Positions 1-7,941 of a DNA stretch of 40,073 nt are shown here, in pieces. Numbering within the stretch: position 1 is the first letter of the stretch; each line of letters starts with the position of its first letter. Position numbers and translations under genes: made by a program. Under the pieces are notes generated by a model. It saw nothing but the letters and a program-made list of their open reading frames with translations, was not told the origin of the DNA and searched no databases. Location of the stretch: positions 1 to 40,073 of the forward strand of contig JAWODC010000079.1 in the NCBI GenBank assembly GCA_046483495.1. The letters are read 5' to 3'. The stretch is from Desulfobacterales bacterium. Its GTDB lineage: Bacteria > Desulfobacterota > Desulfobacteria > Desulfobacterales > UBA5616.

Positions 1-20
1 ACGAAAATTGTTTTCTACTG

Positions 21-44
21 TATAATGGTTTTGAAGCGTTTCAA
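21..44 (+). promoter_or_regulatory. -10 box (TATAAT, 21-26) followed by a LacI-family operator-like palindrome TTGAAGCGTTTCAA (31-44)
   Basis: Near-perfect inverted repeat with a central CG, typical of LacI/CcpA operators, directly upstream of a LacI gene. Confidence 0.65.
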
Positions 45-69
45 CAGCACCCGGAACCCGAATAAAGCA

Positions 70-1152
70 ATGAACAAAAAAGAGTCTGGAAACAAAAACG
101 TGACGATCAAAGACGTCGCAGAAAAGGCGGGGGTAGCTGTGTCAACCGCTTCCATGGCTCTAAACAATAAACCCACGATAAGCTCGGACACGAAACAGAT
201 AGTACTCAAAGTCGCTAAGGATTTAGGCTACCATCCCACTGCCGCTGCCCGGGCTCTGGTCGACGGCAAATCAAGCAATCTGGGGCTTTTGGTACCCGTA
301 AAAGTCGATAGCCTCTTCTTCTCTACCGGCTTCTTTCAGAAACTGATCGCGGGCATGAACAGGGCGGCAAACGAGTCGGGCAATTTGATTTCTCTCCAGA
401 TCGTGGAATCCCGGGATGAAACCAAAAGAGTGGTCACGGAGGCTTACCGAACCAAAAACGTAAGTGGTTCAATAATAACTCACCCAACCCAGGAGATGCC
501 CTATCTCGACGTCATAGAGGAATTCAATTACCCCGTAGTATTTCTGGGAGAATCGCCCAGGGATTTTCCTTACGTAGATAATGATAACTACGGTGTGGCA
601 AAACTAGCTACCGAACACATGATCGAACATGGTTATAAACGAATAGCTTTCCTCGGCGGTCCGGAGGAACTGATCGCTTCGGAAGCCCGGGAACGTGGCT
701 ACAGGGCTGCACTCGAACAAAAAGACATCGAAGTGCAAGCCAAACTGATCTGGCGCTCCCGTCACGACGAACGGATGGCTTACCGGGAAGTTATGAGCAA
801 AGCCTCCAATAGTGACTTTTCCGCTATTTGTATTTCTGTCGAAGAACAGATGGCCGGTGTATACCGAGCCCTCAGGGATCTTGGTAAATCAGTGCCCGAA
901 GACGTAGCCTTGATAACGATAGGCGATTCCCAGCTGGCGGAGCATATGAATCCGAGCATGACGGCCCTCGATCTGCATACGGAGAAACTGGGCTACCTGG
1001 CCGCAAAAAAGCTTAACCGTTTGATCAACGGGGAAGTAGAAAATGACGACAACATTGTCAAAGCGGATTTAATCAGGCGAAAATCGTGCGGGTGCAATGC
1101 CGATAGCGGGGGTGATAGATCCGAATTGACGGTGAGAAACAGGTCGGTCTAA
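70..1152 (+). CDS. LacI family transcriptional regulator
   Basis: N-terminal HTH VTIKDVAEKAGVAVSTASMALN, hinge LGYHPTAAARAL, effector domain with VDNDNY, GYKRIAFLGG and VPEDVALI. ATG 70 preferred over 25 because the operator lies at 31-44. Confidence 0.93.
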   Translation: MNKKESGNKNVTIKDVAEKAGVAVSTASMALNNKPTISSDTKQIVLKVAKDLGYHPTAAARALVDGKSSNLGLLVPVKVDSLFFSTGFFQKLIAGMNRAANESGNLISLQIVESRDETKRVVTEAYRTKNVSGSIITHPTQEMPYLDVIEEFNYPVVFLGESPRDFPYVDNDNYGVAKLATEHMIEHGYKRIAFLGGPEELIASEARERGYRAALEQKDIEVQAKLIWRSRHDERMAYREVMSKASNSDFSAICISVEEQMAGVYRALRDLGKSVPEDVALITIGDSQLAEHMNPSMTALDLHTEKLGYLAAKKLNRLINGEVENDDNIVKADLIRRKSCGCNADSGGDRSELTVRNRSV

Positions 1153-1189
1153 ATTTACACATCAATTTCCACCACAAGGAGGGAATACG

Positions 1190-1474
1190 ATGATTGATAA
1201 AAAACTCATATCTCTAACGTTCTTAACTCTGGTACTAAGCATAGGATTGGTCTTTGCCGGAACTTTCACGGTACTGGGACAGGAAAAAGTAACTTTTGTT
1301 ACCAGCTTCGGCGGAGATGAACTGGACGTATTTAAGGACTTGATGGATCAATTTACTGAAGATACGGGAATTGAAGTAGAGGTCCAGGCGGTAAGCCGTA
1401 ACATGAGGACTGCTCTCGGCTCCCGCGTCGAAGGTGGAAACCCACCCGACATGGCCAACGTCCCCAACAATTGA
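1190..1474 (+). pseudogene. Sugar ABC transporter substrate-binding protein, N-terminal fragment truncated at the ~1469 junction
   Basis: RBS AAGGAGG, signal peptide, FTEDTGIEVEV and RVEGGNPPDMANVPN motifs. Only 94 aa, whereas the family is typically over 400 aa. Confidence 0.8.
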
Positions 1475-1697
1475 AAACTATATGTTTTGTGCGGCGGGCC
1501 GGAACCGTTTCTTTATAGGGGCCGGCCGGTTCTCTGTCGGCAAAATAAACGGTTATTTCCACGTGCGCGTCTTCACCGGAAGCATTCAGAATGCAAACGG
1601 TCTCGTGGCTTGCAAATTGCGGCTCCGGGCCGTGACTCCATCCGGGAATATACCCTTCGGCAATGGCCCAGCGCTTCCTTCCAATATGTATGATCAT
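1470..1697 (-). pseudogene. Anabaena sensory rhodopsin transducer (ASRT) family protein, 3'-truncated at the junction
   Basis: IGRKRWAIAEGYIP..GPEPQFASHETVCILNA..EDAHVEITVYF.DREPAGPY..TVPARRTKHIVFN matches ASRT; similarity stops after FN. Good RBS AAGGAGG. Confidence 0.85.
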
Positions 1698-1699
1698 GA

Positions 1700-1791
1700 T
1701 TACGCCTCCTTGTCAGATATTTTCTCTTCAGAGCCCGCCTTGCAATCCGTGTCACCAGAACCGCCACTGCGACGGTTGCCGCCAGTCCCAT
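1700..1791 (-). pseudogene. Probable C-terminal remnant of a TVP38/TMEM64 (DedA-like) membrane protein
   Basis: GLAATVAVAVLVTRIARRAL resembles the terminal helix of TVP38 proteins. A 1-nt shift gives KISDKEA-stop, ending just before the ASRT start codon. Confidence 0.4.
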
Positions 1792-2115
1792 CCAAGGCTG
1801 TTGGGGATACATCCTTACATAGCTGAATCATAACCCGAGCAGTACGAATGACAATAAAGGTAACGATGTATTTTTCCCCAAACAGTCTGTATTTGTGAGG
1901 ATCGCTTGAAACCGCCGCCGGTTGCCTGTCAATTATAAGGACGTGTTCTTCCATTACCGCAAGGCCCTAGAATACGACAATACCGCAGTTGAAATACAAT
2001 CCCGACCGTATTGCGCGTTACCACCGTCGTTCCTATCCTGCACCTGATAAATTCTGAAAAGAACCATTGCAGTCAGCACGCATTCTTCAATGTTATGTTT
2101 AAATAAGGAGCAATT

Positions 2116-3963
2116 ATGAGATCCCATGAACACCTTGCACAAATTGCACGTCTGGTTCGCCGGTATATTCTCATTGCCTCCACTAACGCCGGCTCGGGTC
2201 ACCCGACCTCTGGCCTTTCGGCAGCCGATTTGATGGTCGGGCTCCTGTTCGGAGGTGTTTTCAGGTACGACATTGATCATCCCGATCATCCCAACAACGA
2301 TCGCCTGATTTTTTCCAAAGGCCACGCATCGCCGCTTCTGTACGCGCTGTGGGCGGCCGCGGGCAAATTATCCCGCGAGGATATCCTCGCCTACCGAAGA
2401 TTCGACAGTCCCCTGGAAGGACATCCCACCCCCGCGTTTCCGTACGTGGACGTGGCAACCGGTTCCCTGGGTCAGGGGCTTTCTATCGGAGTGGGAATGG
2501 CTATGAATTCCAAGTTCCTGGACAAACTTTCTCACCGGACTTATGTGCTGCTTGGGGATAGTGAAATGAGTGAAGGCTCCCAATGGGAAGCCATTCAGGC
2601 GGCTGCCCATTACGGCCTCGACAATCTAACCGGAATCCTGGATGTCAACCGGCTCGGCCAGCGGGGAGAGACCATGTACGGGCACGATATAGATGCATAT
2701 GTAACGAGAGTTTCGGCATTCGGCTGGAAGACGGTAAGCATCGACGGCCATTCATTCCGAGACATTCTCGATGCGTTTGAAACGGCGGCGGCCGGCTCCG
2801 GAAGTCCCACCATGATCATTGCAAAAACCTTCAAGGGGAAAGGGGTTTCTTTTCTCGAAGACCAAAACCGATGGCACGGCAAGGCCGTCGAAAAGGAAGA
2901 CCTGGAAAGCGCCCTTGAAGAGGTGGGAGAAGTTGATGAATCGATTCGCGGCGATATACCCAAACCCGAAGATTTGAAACCGAAACCGCCGGCGCCCGGC
3001 AAAGTCAATGATGTCGAGGGCCTTCCATACGAATCCGGCGAATCGGTCCCCACCCGAAAAGCCTACGGCAACGCTTTAAAACGGATTTATCCACGATTTC
3101 CTCAAATCGTCGGCCTGGATGGCGAGGTGAGCAATTCCACCAAATCGGAAACCTTCAAAGAGGCCTTTCCGGACCGGTTTTTCGAGATGTATATCATGGA
3201 GCAGAACATGGCGGGAGTTGCCCTGGGCCTGGCAGACCGCGGAAAAATTCCTTTTGTCTCCACCTTCGCCGCGTTTCTGACCCGCGCCTTCGACCAAATC
3301 CGGATGAGTCGGTATTCGGATCAAAACATCAAATTCGTCGGATCCCACGCAGGTGTATCCATCGGCCAGGACGGCCCTTCCCAGATGGGGCTTGAGGACA
3401 TCGCCATGTTCAGAACGATTCTTGATGGTGTGGTGTTGTATCCGGCCGATGCGGTGTCCACGGAGAAGCTGGTCGAAGAAGCCGCCAAGCATACGGGAAT
3501 CGTCTATATCCGCACCACCAGAGGGGGGACGTCTGTTATTTATGATTCGGCAGAGTCATTTCCCATCGGCGGATGCAAGGTGGTCAGAAGCAGCGACAGT
3601 GATAAAGCTACGGTTGTGGCTGCCGGTATTACAGTCTATGAGGCGCTGAAGGCATACGATACACTCAAATCGGAGGGAATTTTGATTCGCGTTATCGACT
3701 GCTATAGCATCAAACCGATTGACCAAAAGGTCTTGGGCAAGGCTGCAGAAGAAACCCGCGCGATGGTGTCCGTGGAGGATCATTATGCCGAGGGTGGACT
3801 GGGAGAGGCGGTGAAAAGTGCGCTGGCTTCCGACCATCCTGTTCCGGTTCATTCACTGGCCGTCCGCAAAAAACCTAAAAGCGGCAAGCCGGAGGAACTG
3901 CTTGATTACGAGGAAATTTCTCATACAGCCATCGAAACAAAGGTTCGAGAAATCATTGCCTAA
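2116..3963 (+). CDS. tkt: Transketolase, single-chain ~615 aa type
   Basis: SGHPTS, SKGHASP, ATGSLGQG, TPP motif GDSE..EG..N, RAFDQIRM, HAGVSIGQDGPSQMGLED; RBS AAGGAG. Confidence 0.95.
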   Translation: MRSHEHLAQIARLVRRYILIASTNAGSGHPTSGLSAADLMVGLLFGGVFRYDIDHPDHPNNDRLIFSKGHASPLLYALWAAAGKLSREDILAYRRFDSPLEGHPTPAFPYVDVATGSLGQGLSIGVGMAMNSKFLDKLSHRTYVLLGDSEMSEGSQWEAIQAAAHYGLDNLTGILDVNRLGQRGETMYGHDIDAYVTRVSAFGWKTVSIDGHSFRDILDAFETAAAGSGSPTMIIAKTFKGKGVSFLEDQNRWHGKAVEKEDLESALEEVGEVDESIRGDIPKPEDLKPKPPAPGKVNDVEGLPYESGESVPTRKAYGNALKRIYPRFPQIVGLDGEVSNSTKSETFKEAFPDRFFEMYIMEQNMAGVALGLADRGKIPFVSTFAAFLTRAFDQIRMSRYSDQNIKFVGSHAGVSIGQDGPSQMGLEDIAMFRTILDGVVLYPADAVSTEKLVEEAAKHTGIVYIRTTRGGTSVIYDSAESFPIGGCKVVRSSDSDKATVVAAGITVYEALKAYDTLKSEGILIRVIDCYSIKPIDQKVLGKAAEETRAMVSVEDHYAEGGLGEAVKSALASDHPVPVHSLAVRKKPKSGKPEELLDYEEISHTAIETKVREIIA

Positions 3964-4025
3964 CGGCAATACCCGGCCAGGTGAACAAAGAATAAGACCA
4001 CCAACCCTGTTTTAAGGAGGACATC

Positions 4026-5585
4026 GTGGAAAAGGCCGAAAGCAAACTTGCGGCGTCGGCAAAGGCTCCGGTTGTGGATATGAAGTCTTCCGAGCATTTT
4101 CGTGACCAGCGGATTGACCCCTGCATCATCGTTATTCTTGGCGCCACCGGGGACCTGACCACCCGGAAGCTGCTCCCCGCCTTGTTCAGTCTGTATGCCA
4201 ACGGCAGCCTGCCGGATGTTTTCGCCATTTTGGGTTGCGGCCGCACCGAACTGGATGATGATGCGTTCCGGAAACAGATGGCCGATGCTCTTGAAAAAAA
4301 AGATGCTTTCGATAAAAAGCGATGGGATTCCTTTGCGAAGACGATTATTTATCAAATCATCGATTACCAGGACCCATTGTCTTATAAACCGCTTGCGGAC
4401 CGGATCGGCAAAATCAATGAAGAATACGGCACGGAAGGAAACCGGATCTTTTACTTCGCCATCCCCCCCATGCTTTACAAAGAAGTCGCCCGGAATCTGG
4501 GAGAAGCGGGTCTTCACAAAGAGAATCGAAAAGCCCGCAACTGGTCGCGTATCGTCGTCGAAAAGCCTTTCGGCTATGACCTGGATTCGGCGATGGATCT
4601 GGATCAAAGCCTCCACGAGCATTTCAGAGAGGAGCAGATTTTCCGGATCGACCACTACCTGGCTAAAGAGACGGTTCAGAACGTGCTGATGTTTCGGTTT
4701 GCCAACACCATTTTTGAGCCGATCTGGAACCGCAATTATGTAGACCATGTAAGCATCACTGCAGCGGAAAAATTGGGTGTCGAACATCGAGGCGGCTACT
4801 ACGAAAAAGCGGGGGTGCTCAGGGATATGTTTCAGAACCATATGATGCAGCTTCTGGCGCTGACCGCAATGGAATGCCCGTCTGTTTTCGAGGCAGACCG
4901 GGTCAGAGACGAAAAGGTGAAAACGTACTGGTCCCTGAGGCCTTTTCCGGTATCCGATCTTGAAGAAAATCTGGTACTGGGTCAATATGCATCCGGAGAG
5001 ATCGACGGAGAAAAGGTTCCTTCCTATCGTAGTGAAGAAGGGGTGAATACAGACTCGGTGACGCCCACCTATGCCGCCATGAAAATCTTTCTGGACAACT
5101 GGCGGTGGCAGGGAATTCCGTTTTATCTCGTATCGGGCAAGCGGCTTGCAGAAAAAAAGACAGAAATCGCCATTCAGTTCAAAAAGGTTCCTCATTCCAT
5201 GTTCCGCAATATCCTCGGAGAGACGATTATTGCCAACCGGCTGATATTGGGTACCTATCCCGAAGAGAAAATCATCATGACTTTTCAGACCAAAAGCCCG
5301 GGAGCCCAGGTGGACCTTCGGACCGTTACCATGGAATTCGACTATCATCAGAATTATCCCGGCCCCCTCCTTGAGGCCTATGAGAAAGTGTTGATGGATT
5401 GCATGGTCGGTGATCAGATGCTTTTCTGGCGTCAGGACGGCGTGGAGCTCTGCTGGTCGTTTTTAACGCCCATCATCCAAGAATGTGATGCCTGTGTCGA
5501 TGATAAACGGCTGCTTCACTTTTACAAAGCCGGAAGCTGGGGGCCCGAAGCCGCTGCAGATTGGCTTCCCTTTCTTAAAGGGTAA
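4026..5585 (+). CDS. zwf: Glucose-6-phosphate 1-dehydrogenase
   Basis: GATGDL, EKPFG, RIDHYLAKE, RDMFQNH and NWRWQGIPFYL motifs; GTG start with RBS AAGGAGG. Confidence 0.96.
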   Translation: MEKAESKLAASAKAPVVDMKSSEHFRDQRIDPCIIVILGATGDLTTRKLLPALFSLYANGSLPDVFAILGCGRTELDDDAFRKQMADALEKKDAFDKKRWDSFAKTIIYQIIDYQDPLSYKPLADRIGKINEEYGTEGNRIFYFAIPPMLYKEVARNLGEAGLHKENRKARNWSRIVVEKPFGYDLDSAMDLDQSLHEHFREEQIFRIDHYLAKETVQNVLMFRFANTIFEPIWNRNYVDHVSITAAEKLGVEHRGGYYEKAGVLRDMFQNHMMQLLALTAMECPSVFEADRVRDEKVKTYWSLRPFPVSDLEENLVLGQYASGEIDGEKVPSYRSEEGVNTDSVTPTYAAMKIFLDNWRWQGIPFYLVSGKRLAEKKTEIAIQFKKVPHSMFRNILGETIIANRLILGTYPEEKIIMTFQTKSPGAQVDLRTVTMEFDYHQNYPGPLLEAYEKVLMDCMVGDQMLFWRQDGVELCWSFLTPIIQECDACVDDKRLLHFYKAGSWGPEAAADWLPFLKG

Positions 5586-5634
5586 TCTCAAGAATAATCT
5601 GATTGGCTCTGCCGGGACTGATTCAACAGTAAAT

Positions 5635-5883
5635 ATGGAACAATCCTGCAAGTTATGAATCTGCCTGGACCTGACGAATTCCTTGACATACCGCGCAAGC
5701 GCGATTGCCGAACCTGAACTGCTGGTGCTGTTTGAAGACCGGCTTGAGGAACTGGAGGCGGAAGCACAGGCAATTTTGAACAAACACGGCCGGTTGAATG
5801 AAAAAGCTCTGGCTGAGAAGCTGGGCTTGTCCCAAAGGGGGACGATGTTTTTGATCTCCAAGCTGAAAAGGAAAGGAGGATAA
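5635..5883 (+). CDS. Small winged-helix-like hypothetical protein; either starts at TTG 5683 or is interrupted by an in-frame TGA (5656-5658) after ATG 5635
   Basis: LAEKLGLSQRGTMFLISKL is HTH-like. The upstream in-frame reading is MEQSCKL*ICLDLTNSLTYRAS. Confidence 0.5.
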
Positions 5884-5995
5884 ATTTAAATTGCTGAGTT
5901 GATTGTGTTTCACAGCGGCAATCCTGCTTGGGTCTCATGCAGAAAGACTATAGGCGTAGCCAATGACATGAAGCAAAAATTCTGTAAGAAATTCA

Positions 5996-6070
5996 GGAAC
6001 CTGCCCGATCGGCTGGATGGACGATTTATACGAAATCGCCATGGAAGCCGACAAAACGTTCACTTTCTAA
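5996..6070 (+). pseudogene. C-terminal remnant of a DsrE-family sulfur-relay protein
   Basis: Hand translation (not in ORF track): GTCPIGWMDDLYEIAMEADKTFTF-stop, resembling the DsrE C-terminus. Upstream frame closed by TGA 5969 and TAG 5957. Confidence 0.55.
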
Positions 6071-6183
6071 ACACATCACAAATGTTTTTTTAGTGGATCG
6101 ATTCGTGTCGGCTCTACTATAGACCACCCGAATCCTTTTATGTCGTGAGTGTCCGTGTAATATAACAGCTGGTTATCGCCGCC

Positions 6184-7020
6184 ATGATATTTGAATATTT
6201 TCAGATGGAAACGGAAACGGTCATTCGTTTTGGCGCTTTCCTCGGCGTCTTTGCCCTTCTGGCCACAGCGGAGGTTTTCGCACCTCGACGACGGCTGACA
6301 AATTCCAAAAGCCGCCGCTGGTTCGCCAACCTCAGCATCGTAGCGTTGAACCCGCTATCGATCGCCTTGGTTTATCCCATTCTACCCATAGGGGTGGCTC
6401 TGCTCGCCTCCGAGCAGAATTGGGGTCTGCTCAATCAATGGGCCTTGCCCTATGGGCTCAAGGTGCTCATCGGCGTGGTGGTCCTGGATTTCGTCGTGTA
6501 CACCCAGCACGTCATGCATCACGCCATCCCGGTTCTCTGGCGGTTGCATATGGTGCATCACGCGGACCTGGACTTCGATATGACCACCGGGCTGCGATTC
6601 CACCCCATTGAAATCATCGTATCCATGGCCATCAAACTGTCGGCTGTAGCCGCGCTCGGCGCGCCGCCTTTAGCCGTGTTGATTTTCGAAGTGGTTCTGA
6701 ATGCCACTTCCATGTTCAACCACAGCAACCTCCACCTCCCGGAAAAAGTGGATCGGATACTCCGGCTGTGCGTGGTCACGCCGGACATGCACCGGGTCCA
6801 CCACTCGGTCATCATCCGCGAGACCAACAGCAATTACGGGTTCAATCTCCCCTGGTGGGACCGTTTGCTTGGTACCTACAAAGCTCAGCCTGCCAAGGGG
6901 CACAGGGATATGGTGATCGGCCTGTCGCAATTCCGAGATCCGCAGAAGCTTTCCCTTCCGCGCTTGCTGATCCTGCCGTTCGCGGGTGATCCCGGCCGGG
7001 TACCCATCAACCGGCATTGA
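6184..7020 (+). CDS. Sterol desaturase / fatty acid hydroxylase family protein
   Basis: His boxes QHVMHH, LHMVHH, FNHSN and HRVHHS; NYGFNLPWWDRLLGTY; hydrophobic segments. Confidence 0.92.
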   Translation: MIFEYFQMETETVIRFGAFLGVFALLATAEVFAPRRRLTNSKSRRWFANLSIVALNPLSIALVYPILPIGVALLASEQNWGLLNQWALPYGLKVLIGVVVLDFVVYTQHVMHHAIPVLWRLHMVHHADLDFDMTTGLRFHPIEIIVSMAIKLSAVAALGAPPLAVLIFEVVLNATSMFNHSNLHLPEKVDRILRLCVVTPDMHRVHHSVIIRETNSNYGFNLPWWDRLLGTYKAQPAKGHRDMVIGLSQFRDPQKLSLPRLLILPFAGDPGRVPINRH

Positions 7021-7181
7021 CGCGCACGGTCGTTTCAATCAGCCTGCCGTTTTCCGGCAAAACACGGACAAATTCCCGAAGCGCTCTTTCCGGATTTTCG
7101 AGAAAACATAAGGCCGGCGCCATGGGTATGCCTCGTAATCTTCCTGACACTACCTTTTTTGAACCAACCTTCTCTGTTGGG

Positions 7182-7370
7182 CTACAGTAGCTTTGTCGAT
7201 TCCGTCGGGTGAGGTACTTTCACCACAAGGAACCTGAGAACCGCATCATTTTCATTATACCAGCAATGGGGTATCCTTGCCGGACTGTTTACCCGTGTAT
7301 CCTCGCCTACCTCCGTTTTCTCGTCGCCGATTTCCACCATACCCCGTCCATCTAAAACATAAAAAAATAC
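7182..7370 (-). pseudogene. Cupin domain protein, C-terminal half only
   Basis: Hand translation (not in ORF track): VFFYVLDGRGMVEIGDEKTEVGEDTRVNSPARIPHCWYNENDAVLRFLVVKVPHPTESTKLL-stop. The first cupin His motif and N-terminus are replaced by the ars promoter region. Confidence 0.75.
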
Positions 7371-7397
7371 ATTGAAAAAAATGATGCATTTTTTTAA

Positions 7398-7447
7398 TTG
7401 ACAACAACCAGTTGGTATGCATATATTCCATTTGGACGATATGGAGG
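7398..7447 (+). promoter_or_regulatory. ars operon sigma70 promoter with putative ArsR operator and RBS
   Basis: TTGACA at 7398-7403, TATATT at 7422-7427, imperfect palindrome ATATTCCATTTGGACGATAT at 7423-7442, GGAGG at 7443-7447. Confidence 0.6.
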
Positions 7448-7454
7448 TAATCTT

Positions 7455-7889
7455 ATGAAACCATTTATCAAGGTGATGAAGGCGCTTTCAGATGAAAACC
7501 GGGTGCTGATCATCAAGCTGCTTCAGCGAAAAACCATGTGCGTCTGCGAAATACAGGCTGCACTTGGATTGGCGCAGTCGACCGTAAGCAAGCATTTGAA
7601 AATATTAGCAGACGCAGGAATGGTCACTCATTCCAAAGACGGCTTGTGGGTTAATTACCGGCTGGCGGATGGAACCCAGAGTGCCTATGCCGCATCCCTT
7701 CTGGGAAATCTTCGCCATTGGCTGGAGGAGGAGCTGCGGGTTGCAAATGCTCTGGCCCTGCTGCCCGGGATAAACCGTGACGCTATATGCGGCATCGATT
7801 CGAAGGAAATAACCGGCGGGGACCAACCGCGAGCTCCGGACAGCAGACAAAAACAGGCGAATCATATATCGATAAATCGCGAACTATAA
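7455..7889 (+). CDS. arsR: ArsR/SmtB metalloregulator
   Basis: KALSDENR, metal-binding CVCE, QSTVSKHLKIL, KDGLWVNYRL; ATG 7455 follows GGAGG; heads an ars operon. Confidence 0.92.
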   Translation: MKPFIKVMKALSDENRVLIIKLLQRKTMCVCEIQAALGLAQSTVSKHLKILADAGMVTHSKDGLWVNYRLADGTQSAYAASLLGNLRHWLEEELRVANALALLPGINRDAICGIDSKEITGGDQPRAPDSRQKQANHISINREL

Positions 7890-7941
7890 AATTTTTGCGG
7901 GGTATTGCCCAAAGCCATGCCGCACGTCAGGAGAAATAAAC

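Noticed and set aside
1353..1469. C-terminal extension of the ASRT ORF (CWGRWPCRV...)
   Set aside because: Read-through into the antisense strand of the ABC gene past the junction.
3960..5348. 462-aa minus-strand ORF
   Set aside because: Antisense shadow of zwf with no recognisable motifs.
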